This document shows, one piece after another, positions 28,674 through 39,052 of a DNA stretch of 64,000 bases (positions within the stretch are counted from its first letter, which is position 1; each line of letters opens with the position of its first letter). Position numbers and translations under genes: made by a program. Under the pieces are notes generated by a model. The model was not told the origin of the DNA. It worked only from the letters and a program-made list of their open reading frames with translations, and did no database searches. Source of the DNA: a virus (lineage: Duplodnaviria; Caudoviricetes). The stretch is from positions 64,001 through 128,000 of the IMG/VR virus record IMGVR_UViG_3300037067_016568; one strand, 5' to 3'.

Positions 28674-31600
28674 CAGGATATAACTGGGAACAGAATTATG
28701 TCGACATCATCAGGATTGCCCATTGCTTCCTTTGCGATCTGCTCAAGCTGTGATATGCGCTTATACAACACAACGCCACTCTCTGGGATTCCTGCAAAAT
28801 GTGAGCCATCCAATGTTGGCCAAGCGAATACGGGCCTGTTGTACTTCTCGATGCAAAGCTGCATACCATCTATATACTGCCGCGTTATTATATAATCTTG
28901 GCCAGCGATATCCACAACAATGCCTGGTGTCTGTGTCAAGTGCCAGCCTTCCATCATCCTCACCTGCGCGTAACTGATTGCGCAGCTATCATCAAATGAT
29001 TGAAACTCGAAGTCGTTTTTAACAAATAGGTCTTTCGTCGTAAAACGAACACTGATTTTACCTGATCCATCAAGGAGAACAGGAGATACTAACTTAGCTA
29101 TTACCTCTCCTCCTTGATGATCTATCTCTATTGTTAAACCACGATAGTTCGACCTAGCAACATCTTGCTCCGTAAAAGCACCTAAGTTGGGAAATCTTTT
29201 AGTGGCTTTTCCATTGTTTGACTGATATTCAATCTCTATGTGACCAGTATATTGATCACCAGATCTGAAACAACAATCTGTTATATCGACAACATATTCC
29301 CCCTTAGGGAGCTCTCCAGTAGCGGCCTTAAAGAATCCTTGATTTCCCTCGTCAACATCTAATATCAATTCGATACTATCGTCATGTAAAAGATTTTCAA
29401 CAGCATATGCTTTGAACTTTACCTCTGTTCCAGCCATAGACCATAAACCGTCAATAGACCATTTTGAGCAATTTGCATTGACTATCACCGATCCGAAGTT
29501 AGACACATCACCAAGACAATCTTGTGAATTCCAACCCAGAATTGTACATCTATAATCACTGCCGCCTACTCTATCCGTGAACTGTCCAGGTTCAACACTA
29601 ACAGGATCAACTTGCTCAACAATTATTTGTACGCTCTTTTTGTTAGGTGCATCGAAATTGAAACCGCCAGAATAAGCGTTATGGGCCACACGACATAATA
29701 TTAGATTATCAACAGCAAAAGGGGAACCTATCGTCATAGTGATAGCATCAGGAACCAACTCTTTCTCACATCGACTAGTAAACCAAGTTGCTAAAGATCC
29801 ATCACTGATGACAAAATCACGCGTCAATATGTTTCCGGTTCCATTCGGTAGCTCCCTACAGAACCGCTTATCTGTTTTTGATATCCTTGGCCCAACAGAA
29901 CCGCAGCTAGCAGAATAAGGTGGTTGTAACGGCAATGGATGCTCAACACGTATCTGCAGCCACCATGCCTCTAGCGGCCCTTGCGCCGCAACTATCCTGC
30001 GGTTTGTTTGAATGAAGGCATTGGACCATCCGTCCCCTGCGCCTTGTAAAAATCTTACATTTTTTGTAATTGCTTCTAAATTGAAACTGGATATATCGCC
30101 AGCTTGTCTGACAATGCAGATATTATAAACACCGTTAAATAGCTTATCAAAAAAATTGCCGTCACGAAACGTTATTTCCCCTAAGTTATCTCTGTAATCT
30201 GCACCAAATCCCTTTGTATAATAAATCTTGAATTCTGCATCAGATTCAATTTTTAACACTACTGGTTCATTTACATCAAATGCCGAAAGTGCCTCTGATA
30301 GCGACATGCTAGCATTTGGATCAGCTAGGATTTGTTGCCGAACAAGCGCCTCAAAACGAGAGTCACCAGGAGATACTAATTCGGCTGGGATACTAGACTC
30401 TAAGACCCAACTTGAGGCCGGTTTGGCATATGTCAAAACGTTAAATGTCATTCTGGCTAAATTCTGTCCACCATCAGTTCTGTGAGCGAATTGCACAGTT
30501 TTACAGCTTCGCAACTCATAAGCTTGCTGAGATACAGGATTTGCAACAGGATTACATGGTTGATCGACTACATAATAATTCGGATCTGTTTCTGATGTAT
30601 CGTCTGTCCCGGCATAGATTATCCACAAACCATCGGGAATGCCTGTAAAAACAATCTCGCCCTGGTTCGTCGTCGATGTTCCAGCATAAGCACTACAAAG
30701 TGGATAGCCAGTCGTATAATATCGCACGGAAACCCACGTGCTATTGATTGCCTCCGCGTCACCTGAAACAGTAACGACTAGGACGTTGGAACCTGAAGAA
30801 CATTTAACTATCTGTTGCACTGGTGTAGTTGTCACACCTGTCGTAGCTGTTGATGTAAGTTGTGTTATCTGTAACGTATTTGGCTGGACTAGAGACCATC
30901 CATCAGGAGCAAATAAACATCCATCTTTTTCAAGAGTGATATTATATTGCTCTAAGCTTGACAGATTCTTAAAATAAATATCACCATCACTGTTGGTTTG
31001 ACCGTAAGCCAAAGTAGTTCCGTTGGTTGACTTAACTGATACGACGACAGATTTGCATAACGATAACGGACTACCAGTTATTGTAACCCTAAGCTCAGAA
31101 CTTGTAACTGGATTGTTTGAGCGAAATGCATTAACTGCTAACTTGCGTGCCAATGAAACACCGGGCGGCAAATAAAGATTAACGCCTGGAGTAATCTTGC
31201 CGTATATAGCCCCTTGATATACTGTCGATGAGCCACTGCCCGTCTCTGGTATATCTAAAGCAGTATTATAGTCTGCTGGATATTCTGTATCTGGAACTTC
31301 AGCGGCTGAAGAAGTCAAAACGGCATCACGAGCAACATAACGAGGAATAAACCCAGGCGGGCATTCATCATATTTTAATGCTTTACCGTCTGAAGATAAT
31401 ATTATGCCTGGTATACATGCACTTCCACCAACTGGATCTAAATTATTAGGAAGATTATGGATGTTGTTTGCACCATATCCTTCACCACAAGATTGATCCA
31501 TAATAGTCGTATTGACTATCGACCTACCGCTCTGCCTCGGTTGGCCGTCAATTACTATACTCTGTGCTGTCGAATCAATAGACTCATTAGTAATGGTAGT

Positions 31601-32701
31601 CAAATGGCCGGTAGATGGATCGGTAAATGTAGTGGCTACAGCTGTTGTACTTTTCAGAGTCACAGCCTGTGATGCTTGAATTCTTTGCTCTTCAATATAA
31701 CGCCTTGTCTCAGCATTTCGCGATTGAGATTGACAATATTCTAACGCACAACATAGAGCTGCCTTTTGTTCGTCAAAAAGTCCAGCCATTACTGAAAGCC
31801 AAAACTGAACAATATTCTCACAATCACTTTTAATAGCAGCTACTTCGCGATTGAATTCAGTCTCAATCGATTCTAAAATGCCTGAAACATCTAAATAATA
31901 AACTTCCTGTGAATTGCTATAACAAGTATCAGGGAGCCATGTGATAACAGCCTGTGATGCAGTTGTTGGGAGTGCTACTAGCCATGTACTGTTAGACGTA
32001 GATGTCAGTTTAAGTTGTGATGGGCATGCATCTGGATTACCTATGATAGATCGTGTAACTACTAAATAGTTCTCTGTTTCACTTATTTCTTCAGTCCCAA
32101 TAGAGGTAATAGCGCGAGTAACATTTTGATTTACTCTTTCTAACGATGCAGGTTCCGGTTGGATAGTGATACTAAATGGCGCATTCGCGCCGTCATCGCC
32201 AGCGGGACCATTAGGACCGTATGGCAGATAATCTTGTCCTCGCGGACCGGTGTCACCCTTATCTCCTTTAGGACCACGAGGTGAGCGAACCACAAAACGC
32301 TCACTATCGATCATAAATTGAAAGAATGCTGTGGTATCGATTGTAAAGTTAAATGCATAAGTGTTCTGATGAATCTGTCTCGTAATCGTAGAAACATCGC
32401 TTATCTTAGCATTGCTGTCTATTTTGACATATTCATCGCCTTCTACCAAAGCGATAGTACCACTCGAAAACGCATAATCATACCCAGCAACAGTGATAGT
32501 AGTTTGAGGTGGTGGGACAATCAAGCCATTTAATTTTTTTAAATCGCTCGATGCCATCAATCCAGACATCAACGGCGTAGCGAGTGTTATGGTGCCTCCC
32601 TCTTGCTGATGCCAGATGTGCAGAATGGCATCGTAAACATAGGTAAGACCATCTTCTACCGTTACTACATCACCGTTTTTAGGATTCGGAGGGAAAGGCA
32701 T
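28673..32701 (-). CDS. tail-fibre-like virion protein with collagen-like repeats
   Basis: MPFPPNPKNGD..YVYD..W N-terminus, GLMASSDLKKL, GPKGDKGDTGPRG collagen segment, Cys-rich coiled coil, Ig-like segments. Confidence 0.65.
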   Translation of the reverse strand: MPFPPNPKNGDVVTVEDGLTYVYDAILHIWHQQEGGTITLATPLMSGLMASSDLKKLNGLIVPPPQTTITVAGYDYAFSSGTIALVEGDEYVKIDSNAKISDVSTITRQIHQNTYAFNFTIDTTAFFQFMIDSERFVVRSPRGPKGDKGDTGPRGQDYLPYGPNGPAGDDGANAPFSITIQPEPASLERVNQNVTRAITSIGTEEISETENYLVVTRSIIGNPDACPSQLKLTSTSNSTWLVALPTTASQAVITWLPDTCYSNSQEVYYLDVSGILESIETEFNREVAAIKSDCENIVQFWLSVMAGLFDEQKAALCCALEYCQSQSRNAETRRYIEEQRIQASQAVTLKSTTAVATTFTDPSTGHLTTITNESIDSTAQSIVIDGQPRQSGRSIVNTTIMDQSCGEGYGANNIHNLPNNLDPVGGSACIPGIILSSDGKALKYDECPPGFIPRYVARDAVLTSSAAEVPDTEYPADYNTALDIPETGSGSSTVYQGAIYGKITPGVNLYLPPGVSLARKLAVNAFRSNNPVTSSELRVTITGSPLSLCKSVVVSVKSTNGTTLAYGQTNSDGDIYFKNLSSLEQYNITLEKDGCLFAPDGWSLVQPNTLQITQLTSTATTGVTTTPVQQIVKCSSGSNVLVVTVSGDAEAINSTWVSVRYYTTGYPLCSAYAGTSTTNQGEIVFTGIPDGLWIIYAGTDDTSETDPNYYVVDQPCNPVANPVSQQAYELRSCKTVQFAHRTDGGQNLARMTFNVLTYAKPASSWVLESSIPAELVSPGDSRFEALVRQQILADPNASMSLSEALSAFDVNEPVVLKIESDAEFKIYYTKGFGADYRDNLGEITFRDGNFFDKLFNGVYNICIVRQAGDISSFNLEAITKNVRFLQGAGDGWSNAFIQTNRRIVAAQGPLEAWWLQIRVEHPLPLQPPYSASCGSVGPRISKTDKRFCRELPNGTGNILTRDFVISDGSLATWFTSRCEKELVPDAITMTIGSPFAVDNLILCRVAHNAYSGGFNFDAPNKKSVQIIVEQVDPVSVEPGQFTDRVGGSDYRCTILGWNSQDCLGDVSNFGSVIVNANCSKWSIDGLWSMAGTEVKFKAYAVENLLHDDSIELILDVDEGNQGFFKAATGELPKGEYVVDITDCCFRSGDQYTGHIEIEYQSNNGKATKRFPNLGAFTEQDVARSNYRGLTIEIDHQGGEVIAKLVSPVLLDGSGKISVRFTTKDLFVKNDFEFQSFDDSCAISYAQVRMMEGWHLTQTPGIVVDIAGQDYIITRQYIDGMQLCIEKYNRPVFAWPTLDGSHFAGIPESGVVLYKRISQLEQIAKEAMGNPDDVDIILFPVIS

Positions 32702-32708
32702 ATTACTC

Positions 32709-33185
32709 TCACTGTCCAATAAGTGCTGGTGGTATGTGTCTCCAAATTCTTACACGGACGCTCCCGACTGAATCGGCTGGTGGTGAAAATCGCAGTCTAT
32801 GAGGAGAAGTAAATTCCAGATAGAAGCAATTATTCAAATCGGTCATGTCAACACGTTTAAACGCCTCAACGTTTGTTGCTTCGACTTCTATAGGATACCC
32901 TATAGAAGTCCAATTGGTACCAGCGCTGCTTTTCCATTCAACTTGTAATCCACGTTTTCCGCCGACAACAAATACAGCGGGGCTTCCTTTCAGTAACAGA
33001 AACGCACCACTTATATATTTAACTATATAACCGCCCAGCGGGAGCAATAATGAAACTGATCCTTTATCGCATACATCTATTGACTTTATAAGCCCTGTAG
33101 GATTTCCAGAGACTTCTATAATTCCAAAATCATCTGGTAAAGAATTTATATATTCTGGTCCAAATATACTAGCTGCTATTGACAT
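32709..33185 (-). CDS. hypothetical virion-associated protein
   Basis: 158 aa between two fibre genes; GGYIVKYISGAF resembles the GEYVVDITDCCF segment of 28673. Confidence 0.55.
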   Translation of the reverse strand: MSIAASIFGPEYINSLPDDFGIIEVSGNPTGLIKSIDVCDKGSVSLLLPLGGYIVKYISGAFLLLKGSPAVFVVGGKRGLQVEWKSSAGTNWTSIGYPIEVEATNVEAFKRVDMTDLNNCFYLEFTSPHRLRFSPPADSVGSVRVRIWRHIPPALIGQ

Positions 33186-33195
33186 TTAATACTGC

Positions 33196-36100
33196 CTACG
33201 GGCTGCCGCAATCTGAGCATGGAATTGTCGTGTCGACTACCTTAGCACATTCAGTGCTTCTATAGCTACTCCACCAAGCGTCATCACCCACATGGAAAAT
33301 AGTATCATTATCTTTATTTAGAAAATAAACAGTGGCAGTATTTATCGCTTGCAACCACCTACCACTGTAATCTATTTCTACAACCAATGGGTGCCTGTAT
33401 CCATATGTCGTGTACCCTGAGGCCGGAACGGTGCATTCTAATTCCAACACAGCAGCATTAATTTCATCTGACATTACAAATCCAACGTCAGTTTCAATCG
33501 TATCGACAGAATCGGTCAATCTAGGGCCAATCCATCGACCCAATTCTTCATCATAGTATGACAGTGGCGACGACTGATCTACCTCAACACCATGAGTTGT
33601 ATTGTTATGTTCTGATACGGCTCGATTGATCCAATATACCGAGTCTGGCCGCATCGATTCTGTTGTATCTAATAAGACAGCTATTAAATCAGGGCAACTT
33701 GCTCCATTATTTGTGATTTCATTGTAGAATTCTATTATATCAGTGGCTGTTACACGTTTTTGACCAAAGCCACGCCAAGGAAGAACTTTATGAGTAATAG
33801 TTCCTTTACTGTCTTGTGGAAAACTGCCATCTTCTATCGACGTGTCGACGTTTGTCCCCCAAGAAATATCAGGTAAAATATCATGCTCATCTTCTTGATA
33901 ATCGTGAGCTTTATCTATAGTCCAGCCTTTTGTCTTCGAACCGTCGGCGTCTGCATATTGGTCAGGGCCGCGATCCGTTTGCTCATAATAAACAGATTGT
34001 CCTGGATTTGCTAACTGTAAAACACCTATCGTCACCTGCTGTCCAGAACATAGTGAGCTAAGCCATGTATTCCATCTTGACTTGTCATATTTATAATTAT
34101 CGTATCCTTGATTGAATCCACTACCTTCATAACTGACGTATCCATCGTTGCTTGTTGGTGTAGTTGGACAGTTAGATTCATCAGTAATAACGAGTATCAA
34201 CATTTGATACGAAGCTGTCGGAATATACGTAGGCTTTGGCATCCAATAATAAAGCAATTGCTCAGCTATACCAACAGCTCTACCAAGCCAACGCTCAGCC
34301 GCATCAATAGTCGATCTTACATACAAAGTCGGAAATAGAATCGACTGCTTAGCAGGCGATACATACTCCCAACCCCATAAATAAGCATCACTTGCTTTCT
34401 TCGTTGTGTAACCGTCAATTACTGGTGGAACAGCTAATTCGCCAGCTTTGTTTGTTCCTATATCAACAGTATCTGTTGATATGTGTAAATTAGGATAAAC
34501 CTTCTGGATTAAAGAAACACCGGCATCAACAGTATCATTCACATTTGTGGGATTACCTAAGGAACCTGAGGTATCAACAACAACATATAAAATTGTAGGT
34601 GCATAATCACCATTATCTATGATATTATTAAACACTGCCAACATATCATCAGCAGTAAATGACGCGGCGCTCGTTTGAGCTATCGTGATTTTGTTCCTGT
34701 CTGTATCACCGGGCCACGATGCGTTGCTCGGCTTTAAAGCGCCGCCTAACGGCGGATTACCGGCATATCCTTTAGGTTGCAGGATGCCTAATCGAATTTT
34801 ATTGTCGCTGCCTTGTAAAATTGCCAGGTAATCTTTCCACTTTGCTGCATCATATTCCCAAGCTGTCGTATTTGGCGGTATCCCAACTGGTCCACTCACA
34901 CCATCCGGTCCTTTATAACCGCTATAGCTATAAATCGGACTTGCTTCATCTGTTATACACATAATGACAACACGATCATTGCCAGGTATGGTAACGGACG
35001 GACATTGTGAACACATATATCTGCTAGCTGTCTTCGTTGCATCAACTAACCATCGATCATCTTGATTGTGATCTGGTGATGACGAACCAATGGTAGAAAT
35101 AAAACAGATGTCTGGATATAGCTTTTCTAACTCTGCAACAGCATCATCTAACGCTTTTTGCTCTTCTAATGCGTATTCGGCGACTTTGCTCATTGCTTTG
35201 GATTTAAACAAAATATTTATCTGATTAGGCAAAAAATCACTGCCGCAAAGCTTAATCGGCCTAGAATCATCATCATAATCGATATTAGTAAGCATCTTCT
35301 CCACAAAAGTTACAATATTGCTCGACGTAATCTTTGGACTTTGCACAGATAACAGATGATAAAATGTATGATCTCTCATAGAGTCATACGGTAAAGAACA
35401 TTCTGCACACAGCATATCACGCTCATCGCCATAATAGGCAGTATCAGTATTAGGGATTTGAAGCAATCCCAAGGCAACAACCTGGTTTGAAGTCAAACTA
35501 TTGATAAACTTCTCCCATGCTGCCTTATCGTTATTATAATAATTTACTATAGCTAGGTCTTCGCTTGGTATGCCGGTTACATATACTGGATTCGCTTCAT
35601 CAGTAATGATTATCTGCATCATGCGATACGGCAACAAGCATTTAGCTGGATTGGTAGGATCAAATGGTGCAGAAGCAGAATACTGCGTCCGCACTAATGC
35701 AGTATTGTCTGACACAGATGACTCATCATCAGATCCAACAGCCAAAGTCGTGACACCTGTTGCACCAGGAGCAGGTTGTGGCGTCTGACCTGCCTGAACA
35801 ATAGGAACCACAACGTCAATCTTAAGCACTACATCTGTACCAGCATTATGTGTTGTAGCTGTAGTACTATCATGTCCTCTTGTAACGGTCCAGATAGTAG
35901 TGCCAAATCCACCAGTAACTAGCATATGCTCGGTACCGACCATTACAGTATATGATTCATCTGTAGGGAATCCAGCATATGAATCAACGCCTATTTGCGT
36001 ATCAGTTTCAGAAATGTCAGATACTATTTTCGTATTTGCTATTCCAGTTGAGCAATCAGATGGAGCTATACCAAGACAGAATTCTAGAGGGCGCTGAAAT

Positions 36101-37185
36101 TCGCATTGTGCCACTTGTTGTGCTATCGTCGCTAGAGCTTCTCTGGCCGCTGCATCCTTGCTCTCAATATACGACTTCATCTGGGCCATCCATATGTCCT
36201 GAAACGACGCCAGCTTCTCTTTATATGAATCAACAACAACTTTAACCAAATCACTTAGTTTTGTCAATTCAATTGATGAAACCTCTCCAACCTGCAAATC
36301 TGGTGACATCTTTACAAGCAGCACATCAGCTGTATCTGGATCGGACAGTGGGTCTCCGTTTGGATATGCCAACACCCAATCATCCAGCGTGACATAATCT
36401 TTTCCGTCCTCTGGAATAGTTGGATATGAAAGCGATCTCTGTATCGGTTGCGCAGATAATTGGTCCGCTGGTGCCGTATTGGATGGCACATTCATTTTGG
36501 CAGTTGTATATGACATCAGCCCGGCTGTTCCGTCCATGCGTAACGCAACCACTGCTGTGTCGACTATATCTGATGTATCAACAACTTTAATCCCGCTGAA
36601 AGTATGGGCGACTGTTGCATCTAGCCCAGCATCACCTTTCTCACCTTCCGGGCCATCATTAAACCCATCAATGCCAGCGGGCCCTGTAGCTCCTTTTTCA
36701 CCCTTTCTGCCAATAGGCCCAACCACTTCTAGACACAGAGCATCTATAAAATTCTGACTGAGCGAAAATCGCAATCCTGACAAATTAGTACCAGAAGCAT
36801 CATCAGGCAGTGCCTGCCCTAAATATGGTGCTCCGTCTGCATCGATACATTCAATGTTCAGACTATCACTATGTAATTGGACTTGCCCGCTGACTAGACC
36901 AACCTGATTATCAGGAGACCTAATTATTGCACCTTGTTCGGTAACAATTCCAAATGCACCAGCAATAACAGGAATAGAATCTAAGAACCTCTTGCTTTGT
37001 GAACTCATCAACCCTGTCGTATTGACATCGGCCAATGGATAGGTAGTGGCAGTACCTATATTAACCCAAACGTCAAGGTCAGCCGTCCATCGCCATCTTA
37101 CCAGGTTCCCGTCTACCCATATCTGGCCATCAACTGGATTTGTAGGCAATCGATTAGATGTAGAATTCTCGTTTTGTATAGACAT
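33196..37185 (-). CDS. tail-fibre-like protein with collagen repeats and three vWA-like modules
   Basis: LPTNPVDGQIW, GLMSSQSKRFL and GxxG collagen segment paralogous to 28673; ITDE x3 with DTSGS/DTTES MIDAS-like motifs. Confidence 0.65.
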   Translation of the reverse strand: MSIQNENSTSNRLPTNPVDGQIWVDGNLVRWRWTADLDVWVNIGTATTYPLADVNTTGLMSSQSKRFLDSIPVIAGAFGIVTEQGAIIRSPDNQVGLVSGQVQLHSDSLNIECIDADGAPYLGQALPDDASGTNLSGLRFSLSQNFIDALCLEVVGPIGRKGEKGATGPAGIDGFNDGPEGEKGDAGLDATVAHTFSGIKVVDTSDIVDTAVVALRMDGTAGLMSYTTAKMNVPSNTAPADQLSAQPIQRSLSYPTIPEDGKDYVTLDDWVLAYPNGDPLSDPDTADVLLVKMSPDLQVGEVSSIELTKLSDLVKVVVDSYKEKLASFQDIWMAQMKSYIESKDAAAREALATIAQQVAQCEFQRPLEFCLGIAPSDCSTGIANTKIVSDISETDTQIGVDSYAGFPTDESYTVMVGTEHMLVTGGFGTTIWTVTRGHDSTTATTHNAGTDVVLKIDVVVPIVQAGQTPQPAPGATGVTTLAVGSDDESSVSDNTALVRTQYSASAPFDPTNPAKCLLPYRMMQIIITDEANPVYVTGIPSEDLAIVNYYNNDKAAWEKFINSLTSNQVVALGLLQIPNTDTAYYGDERDMLCAECSLPYDSMRDHTFYHLLSVQSPKITSSNIVTFVEKMLTNIDYDDDSRPIKLCGSDFLPNQINILFKSKAMSKVAEYALEEQKALDDAVAELEKLYPDICFISTIGSSSPDHNQDDRWLVDATKTASRYMCSQCPSVTIPGNDRVVIMCITDEASPIYSYSGYKGPDGVSGPVGIPPNTTAWEYDAAKWKDYLAILQGSDNKIRLGILQPKGYAGNPPLGGALKPSNASWPGDTDRNKITIAQTSAASFTADDMLAVFNNIIDNGDYAPTILYVVVDTSGSLGNPTNVNDTVDAGVSLIQKVYPNLHISTDTVDIGTNKAGELAVPPVIDGYTTKKASDAYLWGWEYVSPAKQSILFPTLYVRSTIDAAERWLGRAVGIAEQLLYYWMPKPTYIPTASYQMLILVITDESNCPTTPTSNDGYVSYEGSGFNQGYDNYKYDKSRWNTWLSSLCSGQQVTIGVLQLANPGQSVYYEQTDRGPDQYADADGSKTKGWTIDKAHDYQEDEHDILPDISWGTNVDTSIEDGSFPQDSKGTITHKVLPWRGFGQKRVTATDIIEFYNEITNNGASCPDLIAVLLDTTESMRPDSVYWINRAVSEHNNTTHGVEVDQSSPLSYYDEELGRWIGPRLTDSVDTIETDVGFVMSDEINAAVLELECTVPASGYTTYGYRHPLVVEIDYSGRWLQAINTATVYFLNKDNDTIFHVGDDAWWSSYRSTECAKVVDTTIPCSDCGSP

Positions 37186-37240
37186 AGAATGATCCTGCTT
37201 TTCCCTATATTTCCTCCCAGTATCTACACTACTATTATGG

Positions 37241-37408
37241 CTACGATGTTGGCTTTTTTACGAGTGCCAAGCACAGTAGCCAGATAATAGCAGCAATAAT
37301 ATAGGTGCGGACATCTACGACAAAGAATTCCGCCAACTTGACAGCACCAATATATGCCAAAATCAACAACAAGACAGATGCCAAAATTGTTGATTTTGTG
37401 TGCTGCAT
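37241..37408 (-). CDS. small two-TM membrane protein (55 aa, not in the ORF track)
   Basis: MQHTKSTILASVLLLILAYIGAVKLAEFFVVDVRTYIIAAIIWLLCLALVKKPTS; starts 1 nt after the upstream stop. Confidence 0.6.
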   Translation of the reverse strand: MQHTKSTILASVLLLILAYIGAVKLAEFFVVDVRTYIIAAIIWLLCLALVKKPTS

Positions 37409-37409
37409 A

Positions 37410-37814
37410 CTACTCGCCATCCAATTTATTTAACTGATGGGCAAACGCCATAATGGCTTTGTTCGAACTTCCATGCTCCAAGATATGATGCCCAAGAGCT
37501 ATACAAAAATCAACATCGAGCAATATTGGTATGTAGTCAGCCATTACCAAAAATGCTCCAATTTGGAACGAAAAGGGGGTTTTACCGTTGGCCTTTTCAT
37601 GCCGCTCCACAGTCCGATCGTGAGACGAAGACCTTCTTTCTGGCTCCGGCTCAAAATCGAGCTCTGGTTCTAGCTCATCGGCACCGTATGGGTTTTGGGT
37701 CTGGTCATCTTCAGGCTCATCTGTCCTACGAGGACAAGTTTTTTCGTGAAGAGTCAAGCCAGATTTGCTCTTAACGGGCTTTCCACAAAACCTGCAACAC
37801 AGTTGTTGGTTCAT
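37410..37814 (-). CDS. C2HC zinc-finger protein
   Basis: CRFCGKPVKSKSGLTLHEKTC. Confidence 0.6.
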   Translation of the reverse strand: MNQQLCCRFCGKPVKSKSGLTLHEKTCPRRTDEPEDDQTQNPYGADELEPELDFEPEPERRSSSHDRTVERHEKANGKTPFSFQIGAFLVMADYIPILLDVDFCIALGHHILEHGSSNKAIMAFAHQLNKLDGE

Positions 37815-37888
37815 CGCTAGCTTTCTATAAAAATGGGTGTCACTTATAACTAGAACTCATAAAGAGTCAAGCATGCAAAGATACATTT

Positions 37889-38143
37889 ATGGAATCATTT
37901 TTTGACGAGCTAAAGCTCATAAAAGCCGGGAATGTTTTATACCAGGGGTGGCTTGATTATGCTTTATCATTCACCAAATCAGATATACGAGAAATTATCG
38001 AGAATGGCCTAACATACCAGGCAAACAGTTTGCGTTCTATGATTCGTGAATTGGTCGCCGGGCAGGTCATACCAGAAACACTACATCGCAAGCTAGACAT
38101 AATTTTGGTTGCCACTAGACGCAAAGCTGATCAATTGAGATAA
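37889..38143 (+). CDS. hypothetical protein
   Basis: 84 aa, preceded by the AAAGATACA motif. Confidence 0.5.
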   Translation: MESFFDELKLIKAGNVLYQGWLDYALSFTKSDIREIIENGLTYQANSLRSMIRELVAGQVIPETLHRKLDIILVATRRKADQLR

Positions 38144-38223
38144 CTTATATTCTCCGCATTATCGCTGATTTAAATACGCATTACATTGTGTTTTGCTTAC
38201 ATTTGAACCGGCTCTTACTTAAG

Positions 38224-38466
38224 TCAAGACACCAATTCATTCGGATGGATTACTTCAGCTATACGAGCAATTCCATCAGGATATAATATTTCTGCAATTG
38301 TCTCTGCGATCTCATGTCGCATAGTTTTGTCGCATTCAGAATCCATAGCTTCAAACAACTCAAGAAGCGTATGTACTTTTGTATCGTTCTGCAGAATTTT
38401 GCGAACTAATTTCTTACGAACTCTGTCTGCATTCATGCTATCAGAATCTCCAACATTAAATACCAA
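38224..38466 (-). CDS. hypothetical protein
   Basis: 80-aa ORF. Confidence 0.45.
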   Translation of the reverse strand: MVFNVGDSDSMNADRVRKKLVRKILQNDTKVHTLLELFEAMDSECDKTMRHEIAETIAEILYPDGIARIAEVIHPNELVS

Positions 38467-38500
38467 TCACGTATTTAACGACTAACATAAGGAGCCATAT

Positions 38501-39052
38501 ATGGCAACAGTCTGGCCAGCAACACACGACGTTTTTGACAAATTACAAGAAGTCAAGGATAAATATCACTCTAATTTGGGAGAGATATCAGTAGTCGTTG
38601 AATTCTCAGACGCCAAACCATTCAAAGTCAATCGTCTAAATCTTGGCAATGTGCGCAAATTTTCATGCGCCAATAAAATTTGGCAAAAAGGTGACTTCGA
38701 CTTCTGCATTACAATCGTCGGTGAAGTTTGGCAGGACATACTTCAAGGCGACGAACAACATAATGCAATACTAGATTTGCATTTGACACGGATTGAACCG
38801 GTCTGCGTACCGCAAATCATTGTCGAAAATAAGAAGCGCCATGCTGTAAAAGACGAATTTGGTAGAATCGTTTTTACCGAAGAACAAAAACTTGATAAAA
38901 ACGGTAATCCAATGTGGCGTATAGTCCCAATCGATCTCGGTGTATTGTCTCAAAATATACGCCGATTTGGATATTGGTTCGAGGACTTGGTAGAATTTCG
39001 CGACAATCTTCTTATACTATCACATTCGGACTCTAAGGTGGAGATGCAATGA
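38501..39052 (+). CDS. phage metallopeptidase-like protein (HExxH degenerate)
   Basis: DFCITI...W..L...AILDLHLTRI..WRIVPIDL....IRRFG matches the family pattern; AAGGAG SD. Confidence 0.5.
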   Translation: MATVWPATHDVFDKLQEVKDKYHSNLGEISVVVEFSDAKPFKVNRLNLGNVRKFSCANKIWQKGDFDFCITIVGEVWQDILQGDEQHNAILDLHLTRIEPVCVPQIIVENKKRHAVKDEFGRIVFTEEQKLDKNGNPMWRIVPIDLGVLSQNIRRFGYWFEDLVEFRDNLLILSHSDSKVEMQ

